Source of the DNA: Alphaproteobacteria bacterium
Lineage (GTDB): Bacteria > Pseudomonadota > Alphaproteobacteria > Caulobacterales > Aquidulcibacteraceae
Direction: 5' to 3'
Length of the DNA stretch: 64,000 bases
Assembly (NCBI GenBank): GCA_031398975.1
Contig: JANNOI010000004.1
Span: 7,961 to 71,960 of the forward strand
A program made the translations under genes and the position numbers. The notes below the pieces were generated by a model. That model worked only from the letters and a program-made list of their open reading frames with translations. It had not been told where the DNA came from and did not search any database. Of this stretch, positions 19,320 through 29,449 are shown in pieces. The number at the start of each line of letters is the position of its first letter. The stretch's first letter is position 1.

Positions 19320-20419
19320 GCGATATCGGCGGCCCGCCCCTCGATCCCGATCCCGCGCCTGCGGGCCCGGAAGAGCCGCGCCAGAACGCCGACGCCGCCC
19401 GCCGGGCGATCCGCCAGCTTGATCGCGACCTGCGCCGGATCGAGCGCAAGAAGCGCAAGCGCATCGCGGCGCCGATCCTGTGGGCGTTTGCGGTGATCTT
19501 CTTCGTGGCCCCGGCGCTGTGGGTGGCGGTGTACGGGTTGGTGGAGGCGCCGGGCACGGTGCTGATGCTCAAGCGCGACATGGAGGGCCAGTCCGTGCGG
19601 CGCGATCCGGTCCCGCTCGCGGCCATCTCCCCCCACCTGGTGCGGGCGGTGATCGCCTCGGAGGACACCCGCTTTTGCCGCCATGACGGCTTCGACTTGG
19701 AAGCCATTGACGCGGCGCGCAAAGCCAATGACAGCGCCAGCGCCAAGGCGCGCGGGCGCGTGCGCGGGGCCTCCACCCTGTCCCAGCAGACGGCCAAGAA
19801 CCTGTTTCTGTGGCCGGCCCGCTCCTGGCTGCGCAAGGGCCTCGAAGTCTATTTCACGGGGATGATGGAGTTCGCCTGGCCCAAGACGCGTATCCTCGAG
19901 GCCTATCTAAACGCGGCCGAATTCGGCGGCGGGCTGTTCGGCGCGGAGGCCGCCGCGCAGGGGCTGTTTTTCAAGTCCGCCAAGGATTTGACGGCCGAGG
20001 AGGCCGCCCGCCTCGCCGCCATCCTGCCCAGTCCCAACAAGTGGAACGCGGTCGATCCCGGCCCCGGCGTGCGCGCGCGGGCGGCCACGATCATGGCGCG
20101 GATGCGGATCGTGCGCCGCGAAGGCCTTGACCTGTGCGTCCTGGACGCCGACGCCCCGGCCCCGCCGCCCGCCCGCGGCCGCCGCCCCCCGCCCGACGCC
20201 CCGCCCATGCCCGATATGCCCACCATCACGGTCGACGCCGAGGACCTCGCCGAGGCGCCCCCGCCGCCGCCCCCGGAATTCGGCTATGCCCCCAGCGCCG
20301 ACCCGTCAGGCCAGGGCGTCGAGTACACGCCGCCGCCCGGAGAGGCCGCCACGGCGAACGCAACGGGCTCGGGCGTCCCGCCGGAACCGGACCTGAACCC
20401 GGCGGACGCGCAACCCTGA
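19295..20419 (+). CDS. mtgA: Monofunctional peptidoglycan glycosyltransferase with a long Pro-rich C-terminal tail
   Basis: GT51 motifs (IASEDTRFCRHDGFD, GASTLSQQTAKNLFLWP, ILEAYLN, RLAAILPSPNKWN). An alternative GTG start at 19316 overlaps the queG stop as GTGA. Confidence 0.85.
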   Translation: MGRGGDVVSDIGGPPLDPDPAPAGPEEPRQNADAARRAIRQLDRDLRRIERKKRKRIAAPILWAFAVIFFVAPALWVAVYGLVEAPGTVLMLKRDMEGQSVRRDPVPLAAISPHLVRAVIASEDTRFCRHDGFDLEAIDAARKANDSASAKARGRVRGASTLSQQTAKNLFLWPARSWLRKGLEVYFTGMMEFAWPKTRILEAYLNAAEFGGGLFGAEAAAQGLFFKSAKDLTAEEAARLAAILPSPNKWNAVDPGPGVRARAATIMARMRIVRREGLDLCVLDADAPAPPPARGRRPPPDAPPMPDMPTITVDAEDLAEAPPPPPPEFGYAPSADPSGQGVEYTPPPGEAATANATGSGVPPEPDLNPADAQP

Positions 20420-20429
20420 TCAAAGATAG

Positions 20430-20960
20430 TCAGGCGCCGAACTTGCCCTGCGCGAAGGCGGAGCGGAGGCGGGCGAGCTGCGCGCCTACCGCATTCTCGG
20501 CTGCGGCGTCCGCCCCCGCATAGATGGTTTCGTCCAGCCGGCGGACGCGCTCATAGAGCTGCGCGCAACGGGCGGCCAGCTCCAACAGCGCCTCGGGCAG
20601 GTGTTCGGAGCCGGAGAAGGGTTCGGCGTTCGCGAAATCGCGCCCGTTGAAGCGGTATTTCTCGTCCTGGGCTTCGAGGAACGTCATGTCGCCCTCCCGC
20701 AGCGCACGCTGCACCAGCAGCCAGGAGGCCACCTGCATCAGCCGCGTCGTCAGGCGCATGCTCTCCCCGGCATAGGCGAGCGCCGCGTGCCGCGCCAAAC
20801 GCTTGGACGCCGCCCGGCCCGGCCCGTCGAGATAGGCCGCGGTCTCCTCCACCAGGGCCATGCCGGCGCGGAACGTCCGCTCGAACATCTCCGAACGTGC
20901 GAATTCGAGGACGCGCCGGCTGGCGACGGGCTGTGCGGTCATCGCGGTCAGGTCTTCCAT
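20430..20960 (-). CDS. DUF1465 family protein (RcdA-like, regulator of CtrA degradation)
   Basis: The C-terminal 177 aa of the track ORF (..FERTFRAGMALVEETAAYLDGPG...MRLTTRLMQVASWLLVQRAL..) match my recollection of the DUF1465 family. Start set at ATG 20960. Confidence 0.65.
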   Translation of the reverse strand: MEDLTAMTAQPVASRRVLEFARSEMFERTFRAGMALVEETAAYLDGPGRAASKRLARHAALAYAGESMRLTTRLMQVASWLLVQRALREGDMTFLEAQDEKYRFNGRDFANAEPFSGSEHLPEALLELAARCAQLYERVRRLDETIYAGADAAAENAVGAQLARLRSAFAQGKFGA

Positions 20961-21006
20961 GGCGCCACCGGGAAGCAAGAGCCTTGCCAGGCGAGAGCCG
21001 CCAGCA

Positions 21007-21207
21007 TCATTCGACTTCGCGTCCGACTTGGCGTCCAAACACCGTATCAGCGGCGGCCATATGGCTTTTTTTCGCAGCGATAGCGGCTTCGCAACGCGCG
21101 ATCTCGGCCCGCAGCGCAAGGATGGCGGCCTCGAGATCGGCGATGGAGAGGGTGTCGAACGCGGGCTGGCGCTTCGGCGCGGGCGCGAACGGATCGTCCT
21201 CGGACAT
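21007..21207 (-). CDS. DUF1192 family small coiled-coil protein
   Basis: 66 aa with LSIADLEAAILALRAEIARCEAAIAAK. This is the typical alphaproteobacterial neighbour of DUF1465. Confidence 0.6.
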   Translation of the reverse strand: MSEDDPFAPAPKRQPAFDTLSIADLEAAILALRAEIARCEAAIAAKKSHMAAADTVFGRQVGREVE

Positions 21208-21267
21208 GGCGCTCCTTCTCCTGCGCGTCTATGCCTAGCAAATTCTTCACCCGATGCGGAGGGGTTC

Positions 21268-22254
21268 ATGGGCGCGCCCGAGACGATGCAGGCGATCGCG
21301 CACGCGCCGGGCCAGGCGCTGCGGCTAGTCGCCGCGCCAACCCCGAAACCCGGCCCGGGCGAGATCCTGATCCAGGTGGCCGCGGCGGGGGTGAACCGGC
21401 CGGACCTTGTGCAGCGCGCGGGCCATTATCCGCCCCCGCCGGGCGCGCCTGACATTATGGGCCTTGAAGTCGCGGGCGTGGTGGCGGCGGCGGGCCCGGG
21501 CGTGCAGCGCTGGCGGGAGGGTGAGCGGGTGTGCGCGCTGCTCCCGGGCGGGGGCTACGGCGAATATGCGGTCGCGCCCGAGGGCTCGGCCCTGCCGATC
21601 CCCGAGGGGCTCACGCTGGAGGAGGCGGCCTGCCTGCCGGAAACGGTCTTCACCGTCTGGGCGAACGTGTTCGAGGCAGGCAAGCTCGCGCCGGGCGAGG
21701 CGCTGCTGGTGCATGGCGGGGCGAGCGGCATCGGCACGACCGCGATCCAGATGGCCAAGGCCCATGGGGCGCGCGTCTTCGCCACCGCCGGCGATCCGGG
21801 CAAGGCGGCGCTCTGCGAGCGGCTCGGGGCGGACCGCGCGATCCATTACCGGACGGAGGATTTCGAAGCCGTGGTGCGCGCCGCCGGGGGCGCGGACGTC
21901 GTGCTCGACATGGTGGGCGGGCCTTATGTGGAGAAAAACCTGTCGCTCCTCAAGCCGGGCGGGCGCTGCGTGCAGATCGCCTTCCTGCAGGGCGCGCGGG
22001 TGGAGCTCGATCTGATGAAGCTGATGCGCAACCGGCTCACGCTCACCGGCTCGACGCTGCGCCCCCGCCCGCCGACGGAGAAGGCGCGCCTTGCGGCGGC
22101 GGTGGAGGCGCAGGTATGGCCCTGGATCGCGGCGGGCCTGCTGCGTCCGGTGATCGACGCCGCCTTCCCCCTGGCCGAGGCCGAAGCCGCCCAGGCCCGC
22201 ATGGCGGAAGGCGCCAATGCAGGCAAGATCGTGTTGCGGGTGAACCCGCTTTAG
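21268..22254 (+). CDS. NAD(P)H:quinone oxidoreductase (zeta-crystallin / PIG3 MDR family)
   Basis: GVNRPDLVQRAGHYPPPPGAPDIMGLEVAGVV and GGASGIGTTAIQMAK (Rossmann fold). Start is ATG 21268 or 21286; the track ORF start at 20860 is antisense to the DUF1465/DUF1192 genes and is rejected. Confidence 0.85.
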   Translation: MGAPETMQAIAHAPGQALRLVAAPTPKPGPGEILIQVAAAGVNRPDLVQRAGHYPPPPGAPDIMGLEVAGVVAAAGPGVQRWREGERVCALLPGGGYGEYAVAPEGSALPIPEGLTLEEAACLPETVFTVWANVFEAGKLAPGEALLVHGGASGIGTTAIQMAKAHGARVFATAGDPGKAALCERLGADRAIHYRTEDFEAVVRAAGGADVVLDMVGGPYVEKNLSLLKPGGRCVQIAFLQGARVELDLMKLMRNRLTLTGSTLRPRPPTEKARLAAAVEAQVWPWIAAGLLRPVIDAAFPLAEAEAAQARMAEGANAGKIVLRVNPL

Positions 22255-22255
22255 C

Positions 22256-24520
22256 TCAATCGCCCTGGAATTTGCCCGTCTTGGAGAAGCCCTTGGGCGC
22301 GGCCTTGCCGCTTTGGGCGCGCTTGCCCAGCCAGTCGCGCCAGTCCGGCACCTGGCGCACCCTGCCGGCCGTGTCGATCCAGCAGAGGCCCTGCGCTTCT
22401 GAGAAGACAACCGCATCCAGCAGCCCGCCCTGGTGGCTGAGGAGCCCCGCTTTGTAGGTCTGCAGCCTGACGCCCTTGCCGCGCGCCATCTCCGGCAGTT
22501 CCGCCAGCGGGAAGACGAGCAATTTTCGGTCCCGCCCGATCACGCCCACATGATCGCCGACCGCCGGCGCGCACACGCAGGCGCGCTCCTTGGAATCCAC
22601 GCTCAGCACCTGCTTGCCCGAGCGCTTGGCCGCGATCAAATCGTCCTCCGCGACGATAAAGCCATAGCCCTTGGCCCCCGCCACCAGCCTTTTCGCTCCC
22701 TCCTCGTACGGGAACATGGCGATCGGCTGATCCTCCTCGCCGAGATCGATCATCAGCCGGATCGGCTCGCCCGCGCCGCGCCCGCCGGGCAGCTTGTCGG
22801 CGCCGAGCGTAAAGACGCGCCCGTCCGAGGCCATGATCAGGATCTTGTCGGTCGTCTGGCACTGGACGGCGAAGGCGGCGGCGTCCCCGTCCTTGAATTT
22901 GAGGCCCTCAAGATCGTCCACATGGCCTTTCAGGGCCCGGATCCAGCCGCGCTCGGAGAGCACCACCGTCACCGGCTCGCGCACGATGAAGGCGTCGGCG
23001 CCGATCTCGGCCGCGGGCGGGGCCTGCGCGATCACGCTGCGGCGCGCGGCGCCGGCGCCGGCGGTGAAAATCTCGCGCGTCTTCTTCAAGTCTTCCGCCA
23101 CCGCGCGCCATTGCTTCTTCGCATCCCCCGCGAGCGCCTGGAGGCGGGCCTGCTCCTCGCGGAGGGAGGCGTCTTCGCCGCGGATCTGCATCTCCTCGAG
23201 CTTGCGCAGCGCGCGCAGGCGCGTGTTGAGGATCGCCTCCGCCTGGGCCTCGTTCAGAGCGAAGCGCGCCATCAGGACGGGCTTGGGCTCGTCCTCCGCG
23301 CGGATGATGGCGATCACCTCGTCGAGGTTCAGATACGCGACGAGCAGGCCCGCGAGGATCTCCAGCCGCGCCGCGATCTTGGCCAGCCGAAACAGCGCGC
23401 GCCGCACCAGCACCTCGCGGCGGTGCTCGAGGAAGGCCTGCAGCGCCTCCTTCAGCCCCATCACCCGCGGAATCTGGCGCGCATCGAGCACGTTCATGTT
23501 CAGCGGAAAGCGCTTTTCGAGCTCCGACAGCTTGAACAGGCTCTCCATCAACACGCTTGGCTCGACGGTGCGCGCCTTCGGCTCCAGCACGAGGCGGATC
23601 TGATCGGTGCTTTCGTCGCGGACATCGCCCAGCAGCGGGGCCTTTTTCGTCTCGATCAGCTCGGCCAGCGCTTCGATGAGCTTGGCCTTTTCCACCTGAT
23701 AGGGGATTTCCGTCACCAGGACGCGCCAGCCGCCCCGCCCCAGATCCTCCACGCTCCATTTGGCGCGCACGCGGAAACCGCCGCGGCCGGTGGCGTAGGC
23801 TTCGCGGATCGCCTCGGCCGGCTCCACGAGCACGCCCCCGGTGGGGAAGTCCGGCCCCGGAACCACCCCCAGCAGCGCCTCGAGCCCCGCGTCCGGGCGC
23901 GCGAGCAGAAGGAGGCAGGCCTCGATCAGCTCGGCGGCGTTGTGGGGCGGGATGGAGGTCGCCATGCCCACCGCAATGCCCGAGGCGCCGTTGGCCAGAA
24001 GGTTCGGGAACGCCGCCGGCAGAACGACGGGCTCGCGGTCGGCGCCGTCATAGGTGGGGCGGAAATCGACGGCGTCTTCGTCTATTCCCTCGAGCAGCGC
24101 CTCCGCCGCGCGGGTCAGGCGGCTCTCGGTGTAGCGCATGGCGGCGGGGTTATCGCCGTCGATATTGCCGAAATTGCCCTGCCCGTCGATCAGGCGGTAG
24201 CGGATCGCGAAATCCTGCGCCAGGCGCACCATGGCGTCATAGATGCTCTGGTCGCCGTGGGGATGGAAATTGCCCATCACCTCGCCCACCACCTTGGCGG
24301 ATTTTTTCTGCGCGTCCCCCGCGCCGAGGCCCATGCGGGACATGGCGTAGAGGATGCGCCGGTGCACGGGCTTCAGCCCGTCGCGCACATCCGGCAGGGC
24401 GCGGGCGGTGATGGTGGAAAGGGCGTAGGCCAAGTAGCGCTTGGAGAGCGCCTCGCCCAGCGGCTCCTCGATGATGCGCCCGCCTTCTGGCGCGGGGAGG
24501 GTGGTGTCGTCTTTCGCCAT
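22256..24520 (-). CDS. parC: DNA topoisomerase IV subunit A
   Basis: 754 aa with [32 protein letters not shown] and the active-site region AAMRYTE. No gyrB neighbour and the alphaproteobacterial ParC length. Confidence 0.9.
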   Translation of the reverse strand: MAKDDTTLPAPEGGRIIEEPLGEALSKRYLAYALSTITARALPDVRDGLKPVHRRILYAMSRMGLGAGDAQKKSAKVVGEVMGNFHPHGDQSIYDAMVRLAQDFAIRYRLIDGQGNFGNIDGDNPAAMRYTESRLTRAAEALLEGIDEDAVDFRPTYDGADREPVVLPAAFPNLLANGASGIAVGMATSIPPHNAAELIEACLLLLARPDAGLEALLGVVPGPDFPTGGVLVEPAEAIREAYATGRGGFRVRAKWSVEDLGRGGWRVLVTEIPYQVEKAKLIEALAELIETKKAPLLGDVRDESTDQIRLVLEPKARTVEPSVLMESLFKLSELEKRFPLNMNVLDARQIPRVMGLKEALQAFLEHRREVLVRRALFRLAKIAARLEILAGLLVAYLNLDEVIAIIRAEDEPKPVLMARFALNEAQAEAILNTRLRALRKLEEMQIRGEDASLREEQARLQALAGDAKKQWRAVAEDLKKTREIFTAGAGAARRSVIAQAPPAAEIGADAFIVREPVTVVLSERGWIRALKGHVDDLEGLKFKDGDAAAFAVQCQTTDKILIMASDGRVFTLGADKLPGGRGAGEPIRLMIDLGEEDQPIAMFPYEEGAKRLVAGAKGYGFIVAEDDLIAAKRSGKQVLSVDSKERACVCAPAVGDHVGVIGRDRKLLVFPLAELPEMARGKGVRLQTYKAGLLSHQGGLLDAVVFSEAQGLCWIDTAGRVRQVPDWRDWLGKRAQSGKAAPKGFSKTGKFQGD

Positions 24521-24533
24521 GCCCCGCTTCTAC

Positions 24534-25268
24534 TCAGAGTCGCCCGCGATGGCCCAAGGCTTCGATGAGGCGCCGGCGCGCCTCCGGCATGCCCTGGCCG
24601 GCGCGGTCGAACAGGCGCAGCTCGAGGAAATGCCCGGCCAGGGCGAAGGCGTCCGCCACGTCCCCCGAAGCGATCGGGGCGGCTGAATCGGTGAGGAAGG
24701 GCGGCAGGCGCAGCAGCTTCTCGGCGAAGGGCGCGCCCGCCTCGCGGCTCGCCGCGCGCCCCGTGCGCGGGCTTACGAAGGCGAGATCGTGGCGCGCCCC
24801 GGTGAGCGCGCAGGCGCTGACATCGAGGCCGTAGCCCAGCTCCGCCAGCAGACCGAGCTCAAACCGGGTATAGAGCGCGGGCCACACCTCGGGCGCGGCG
24901 AGCGCCTCCATCAGCAGCGCCAGCGCGTCATAGAGGCCGGGATAGGCTTGCCGCTCCGGCGCGCCCGCCCGCACCAGCGCCACCGCCGCGGACAAGCCCG
25001 CCGGCGCGGCGGGATCCTCGAGCGCGCGCGCGGCGTAAGCGGCGGCGAGTTCGATCGGGGAGAAAAAACCCAATTGGTCCCCCGTGCGCGCCTTCCACGT
25101 CACGCGCACCAGATTGCCGGCCTGCAGCACGGGCCGGCTCCGCCGGCTGATCCCCCCATGCACCATCGCCGCGACCCGCCCGTGCGTGCGGGTGAACAGC
25201 TCCGCGATCGCCCCGCTTTCCCCGAACGCGCGCGCCCCCAGCACCAGGCCCTCGTCGCTCCATTCCAT
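24534..25268 (-). CDS. recO: DNA repair protein RecO
   Basis: MEWSDEGLVLGARAFGESGAIAELFTRTHGR... Size and position downstream of era are canonical. Confidence 0.85.
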   Translation of the reverse strand: MEWSDEGLVLGARAFGESGAIAELFTRTHGRVAAMVHGGISRRSRPVLQAGNLVRVTWKARTGDQLGFFSPIELAAAYAARALEDPAAPAGLSAAVALVRAGAPERQAYPGLYDALALLMEALAAPEVWPALYTRFELGLLAELGYGLDVSACALTGARHDLAFVSPRTGRAASREAGAPFAEKLLRLPPFLTDSAAPIASGDVADAFALAGHFLELRLFDRAGQGMPEARRRLIEALGHRGRL

Positions 25269-25299
25269 GGCTCAGCGCCGGCGGGCGGGCGTGTGCGGC

Positions 25300-26208
25300 T
25301 CACGCATCCCAATCGAGCCCCATCTCGCGATAGCGGGCGCGGTCCTCGCTCCAGCCCTCGCGGACCTTGACGTGCAGGAACAAGTGGATGCGCTTGTCGA
25401 GCAGGGCTTCGAGCTCCTGGCGCGCGGCCTGGCTGATAGCCTTGATCACCGCGCCGTTTTCGCCGATGGCGATCTTGCGCTGGCTCTCGCGCGCGACGTA
25501 GAGCGTCTGCTCCACACGGGCCGAGCCGTCGCGACGCTCGGTCCAGCTATCGGTCTCGACAGTGGCTTCGTAGGGAAGCTCGTCGTGCAGGCGCAGCATC
25601 ATCTTTTCGCGGGTGATCTCGGCGGCGAGCAGGCGGGCGGGGATGTCGGCGGTCTGGTCTTCAGGGAAGAGCCAGGGGCCAGGCGGGGCGTGGGCGGCGA
25701 GGTGGGCGGCGAGATCCTCCACCCCGTCCCCGGTCAGGGCCGAGATCATGAACACCTCCCCATAGGTTCCCGCCGCGTGCAGGTCCCGGGCGAGCGCGAG
25801 CAGGTCCTGGCGGGGCAGCGCGTCGATCTTGTTCAGCGCCAGGATGGCGGGGCGGGACGTGCGTTTCAGCGCCTCGATGATCCGGGCCACGTCCTCGCTT
25901 GCGCCCTTGACCGCGTCCACCAGGTGCACCACCGCATCGGCCCCGCCCGCGCCCGTCCAGGCGGCGGCGACCATGGCGCGGTCCAGCCGCCGGCGGGGGG
26001 CGAACACGCCGGGCGTGTCGATCAGCACCAATTGGGCGGCCCCCCGCATCGCCACCCCCCGCACCGGGGCGCGGGTGGTCTGGACCTTGTGGGTCACGAT
26101 CGAGACCTTGGCCCCGACCAGGCGGTTCACCAGCGTGGATTTTCCCGCATTGGGCGCGCCGATCACGGCGACGATCGCACACCGGGTCTCCGATGCGGGA
26201 TCAGACAT
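25300..26208 (-). CDS. era: GTPase Era
   Basis: G1 GAPNAGKST, G3 DTPG, G4 NKID, and a C-terminal KH domain. Confidence 0.9.
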   Translation of the reverse strand: MSDPASETRCAIVAVIGAPNAGKSTLVNRLVGAKVSIVTHKVQTTRAPVRGVAMRGAAQLVLIDTPGVFAPRRRLDRAMVAAAWTGAGGADAVVHLVDAVKGASEDVARIIEALKRTSRPAILALNKIDALPRQDLLALARDLHAAGTYGEVFMISALTGDGVEDLAAHLAAHAPPGPWLFPEDQTADIPARLLAAEITREKMMLRLHDELPYEATVETDSWTERRDGSARVEQTLYVARESQRKIAIGENGAVIKAISQAARQELEALLDKRIHLFLHVKVREGWSEDRARYREMGLDWDA

Positions 26209-26908
26209 CGACGCCCGCCGCTTTCAGCAGCGCGAGCGCGGCCGCCCGCTCCGCACAGCGTTTGGAGCCCCCCGTCCCGCGCGCGCTCGCCGCGCCAGCC
26301 ACCGCAACCTCCACCTCGAACAGCGGGGCGTGGTCGGGGCCCGAGCGCGCAAGCACCTTGTAAGCCGGCTGGCCCCGCCGCGTGGCGGCCGCCCATTCCT
26401 GCAGCACGGTTTTGGCGTCACGCGGGGCGCGAACCACGTCGGCGAACTCGGCCTGCCAATAGGTTTCGATGAAATCGCGCGCCGCCTTCAGCCCGCCGTC
26501 CAGATAGAGCGCCGCGAGCACCGCCTCGCAGGCGTCCGCGAGGATCGTGTCCTTGTCGCGCCCGCCGCCCTCCTGCTCGGAGCGGGACAGGATCAGCGCC
26601 TCGCCGAGGCCCGCCCGGCGGGCGGCGCGCGCGCAGGCGGCCTTGGAAACGAGCGCGTTGAGGCGCGGCGCGAGCCCGCTTTCGCCCTCGTCCGGGTAAT
26701 CGCGGAACAGCCGCTCCGCCACGATCAACCCGAGCACCCGATCGCCGAGGAATTCCAGCCGCTCGTTATTGACCTCCCCGGTGCTCGAATGGGTGAGCGC
26801 GCGCGCCAAGAGGTCCGATTTGCGGAACGCCCGCCCGACGCGCTTTTCCAGCCGCTTGCCGACGTCTTTCTCCAGGCCGTGGGCCTCGCGTTTGGCGTTT
26901 GCGCTCAA
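26201..26908 (-). CDS. rnc: Ribonuclease III
   Basis: RNase III signature NERLEFLGD plus a C-terminal dsRBD. Overlaps the era start by 8 nt. Confidence 0.9.
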   Translation of the reverse strand: MSANAKREAHGLEKDVGKRLEKRVGRAFRKSDLLARALTHSSTGEVNNERLEFLGDRVLGLIVAERLFRDYPDEGESGLAPRLNALVSKAACARAARRAGLGEALILSRSEQEGGGRDKDTILADACEAVLAALYLDGGLKAARDFIETYWQAEFADVVRAPRDAKTVLQEWAAATRRGQPAYKVLARSGPDHAPLFEVEVAVAGAASARGTGGSKRCAERAAALALLKAAGVDV

Positions 26909-27666
26909 TCCGGGCTCTTCAGGAACCGGTCGGTGCGGAAGCCGGTGATCATCGTCCAGGGTTTGAACAGGGTCGTGGAGGGATCGAACGAGGCCGCCAC
27001 CAGCTGGGCGTGGCCCACCAGATTGTCGAACGGCACATAGCCCACTTCGGAGAGCACGCGGCTGTCGGCGGAATTGTCCCGGTCGTCGCCCATGAAGAAG
27101 TAGCGGCCTTCGGGCACTTCGTAGATCGGAGTGTTGTCGTAGCGGCTCTCGGGGTCGCGATCGAAGGTCACATAGCTTGCGCCATTGGGCAGCGTCTCGC
27201 GATAGGCCTGAATCTGCACCAGGAAGCCGCTCTCTTCGCGGAAGGTGCGAAGGCCCAGGGATTCCCGCTGGACGGGGCGTCCGTTCAGGTAGAGCACCCC
27301 GTCGCGCATCTGGATCTCATCGCCGGGCATGCCGATCAGGCGCTTCACGAGGTCCTTGTCGGCCTGGGGTTCGGGGCGGAACACCACGATGTCCCCGGGC
27401 TCGGGCTGGCGCGCGAACAGGCGCCCCTTCGGCCAGCCGAAATTCAGCGGCTCGGTGGAGAAGCGGCTATAGCCGTAGCTCCACTTGGTCACGAGGATGT
27501 AATCGCCCACCAGCAGTGTGGGCTGCATCGAGCCCGACGGGATGCTGAACGGCTGGGCGATGGCGAAGCGGATGCCCAGCGCCAACAGCAGCGCGTAGAT
27601 CACGGTTCGGACATTCTCCCAAAGCACGTTCTGTGAGCTCCGATCGTGAGCGGCAATCGATGTCAT
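26905..27666 (-). CDS. lepB: Signal peptidase I
   Basis: IPSGSMQPTL (catalytic Ser box), GDNRDNSADSR-like box (GDDRDNSADSR). Start ATG 27666 is preferred over the track start at 27735, which would overlap acpS by 32 nt. Confidence 0.85.
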   Translation of the reverse strand: MTSIAAHDRSSQNVLWENVRTVIYALLLALGIRFAIAQPFSIPSGSMQPTLLVGDYILVTKWSYGYSRFSTEPLNFGWPKGRLFARQPEPGDIVVFRPEPQADKDLVKRLIGMPGDEIQMRDGVLYLNGRPVQRESLGLRTFREESGFLVQIQAYRETLPNGASYVTFDRDPESRYDNTPIYEVPEGRYFFMGDDRDNSADSRVLSEVGYVPFDNLVGHAQLVAASFDPSTTLFKPWTMITGFRTDRFLKSPD

Positions 27667-27703
27667 GGGCTGTCCAAATCTAGGGGCCGGCGGATCGCGT
27701 GCG

Positions 27704-28105
27704 TCAGCCGACTTTTTCGGCCGAAAGGATGACAAAAGCCTGAGCCAGCGGGAAGTCGTCGGTCATGCTTAGGTGTACGCTAGTGCTATAGCCCGGGGGC
27801 GTGAGCGCCGCCAGCCGCGCCGCCGCGCCGCCCGTGAGCGTCATGCCCGGCTGGCCCGAGGCGCTGTTGGCCACCTGCATGTCCCGCCAGAACACCCCGC
27901 GCGCCAGGCCTGTTCCGAGCGCCTTGGCGCAGGCCTCCTTGGCGGCGAAGCGCTTGGCGTAGGTGGCGGCGGGGTCGCGCTTGGCGCGGGCGCGCGCGCT
28001 CTCGACCTCGGTGAAGCAGCGCCGCTCGAAACGCTCCCCGTGGCGCTCCAGCGCGCGGGCGATGCGGCGGATGTCGATCAGATCGGTTCCGACGCCCACG
28101 ATCAT
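27704..28105 (-). CDS. acpS: Holo-[acyl-carrier-protein] synthase
   Basis: [15 protein letters not shown]... The start ATG 28105 overlaps the pdxJ stop (ATGA). The upstream part of the track ORF is junk. Confidence 0.85.
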   Translation of the reverse strand: MIVGVGTDLIDIRRIARALERHGERFERRCFTEVESARARAKRDPAATYAKRFAAKEACAKALGTGLARGVFWRDMQVANSASGQPGMTLTGGAAARLAALTPPGYSTSVHLSMTDDFPLAQAFVILSAEKVG

Positions 28106-28836
28106 GCGCGCGCCGCCGCCATCAGCGCCTTCATGCGCCCCACCGCCTCGCCAAGCCCCAGAAAGATCGCCTCCCCGATCAGGAAATGCCCGATATTGAG
28201 TTCCTGCAGCTCCGGGATCGCCGCGACCGCCGTCACGGTGTTGAAATCGATGCCGTGGCCCGCGTGCATCTCCAGCCCCAGCGCCTGCCCGCGCCTTGCC
28301 GCCTCGGTAAGCGCCGCAAGCGCGGCCCGCCCGTCCCGCCCATGCGCGACCGCCTCGCAATAGGCGCCGGTATGCAGCTCCACCACCGGCGCGCCAAGCG
28401 CGGCCACCGCCTCGATCTGGGGGATCTCGGGATCGAGGAAGAGCGAGACCCGGCAGCCCGCTTCACGGAGCGCGTGCACATAAGGCGCGATCCGCGCGCT
28501 TTGGCCGGCGGCGTCGAGGCCGCCCTCGGTCGTGCGCTCGGCCCGCCGCTCGGGCACCAGGCACACCGCGTGCGGGCGGGCTTTGAGCGCGATGGCCAGC
28601 ATGTCCGGCGCGCACGCCATCTCCAGATTGATGGGCAGGCCGACAGCGCCCGCCAGGCGCGCCAGATCCTCCTCCCGCACATGGCGGCGATCCTCGCGCA
28701 CATGCAGGGTGATCCCGTCCGCCCCGGCCGCGGCCGCGACCTGGGCTGCGCGCACGGGATCGGGATGGCGCCCGCCGCGGGCGTTGCGGATCGTGGCCAC
28801 GTGATCGATGTTTACGCCGAGGCGGAGCCGGCTCAT
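28102..28836 (-). CDS. pdxJ: Pyridoxine 5'-phosphate synthase
   Basis: [22 protein letters not shown]..., ELHTG, HAGHG. The start ATG 28836 overlaps the pyrE stop (ATGA). Confidence 0.9.
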   Translation of the reverse strand: MSRLRLGVNIDHVATIRNARGGRHPDPVRAAQVAAAAGADGITLHVREDRRHVREEDLARLAGAVGLPINLEMACAPDMLAIALKARPHAVCLVPERRAERTTEGGLDAAGQSARIAPYVHALREAGCRVSLFLDPEIPQIEAVAALGAPVVELHTGAYCEAVAHGRDGRAALAALTEAARRGQALGLEMHAGHGIDFNTVTAVAAIPELQELNIGHFLIGEAIFLGLGEAVGRMKALMAAARA

Positions 28837-29417
28837 CCCGCAAGGCCCCGGCTGCCGGGCTTGACCGGCGCGAGCGCCTGCAGCGCGGGGGGCAGGGCGT
28901 CGGGCGCATAGGAGGGCGCGTCCACCGCCGCCAGGGAAACAAGCGGAACCCCCACCTCTGCCGCGCCGCCGGACCGGTCGATCAGGCAGGCCGCGCCTAG
29001 GATCCGCCCCGGCGCGCCCTCGAGCGCGGCGAGGCATTCGCGCAAGGAAAGCCCGGTGGTGATCACGTCCTCCACCACCACCACCCGCGCGCCCGCGGGG
29101 ATGGAGAAGCCGCGCCGGAGCCGGAAGGCCCCGCCTTCGCGCTCCACGAACAGCGCCTTCGCGCCCAGATGGCGGGCGGTCTCGTAGCCCGGAATGATCG
29201 CCCCCACGGCCGGGGAGACGACCACGTCCACCGCCCCGAAGGCTGCGTTGATTTTGGCCGCGAGCGCCCGGCACAGCGGCTCCGTGCGCGCCGGATCCTG
29301 AAACACGAACGCCTTCTGGAAGAACACCCCGCTATGGCGGCCCGAGGAGAGGATGAAATGGCCCTCCAGCAGCGCGCCGGCGGCGCGGAATTCGGCGAGC
29401 ACTTCGTCCTGGCCCAT
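28833..29417 (-). CDS. pyrE: Orotate phosphoribosyltransferase
   Basis: [25 protein letters not shown] and the PRPP loop [11 protein letters not shown]. Start is ATG 29417; an alternative GTG at 29453 overlaps the spoT stop as GTGA. Confidence 0.85.
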   Translation of the reverse strand: MGQDEVLAEFRAAGALLEGHFILSSGRHSGVFFQKAFVFQDPARTEPLCRALAAKINAAFGAVDVVVSPAVGAIIPGYETARHLGAKALFVEREGGAFRLRRGFSIPAGARVVVVEDVITTGLSLRECLAALEGAPGRILGAACLIDRSGGAAEVGVPLVSLAAVDAPSYAPDALPPALQALAPVKPGSRGLAG

Positions 29418-29449
29418 GGCCCCGCTCCCGCTCTGCGCCCGCGCCCCGC

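Noticed and set aside
22433-24568. 711-aa ORF antisense to parC
   Set aside because: Shadow ORF. The composition is dominated by R/G/A/L/H with no recognisable domain, whereas the opposite strand encodes an unmistakable ParC.
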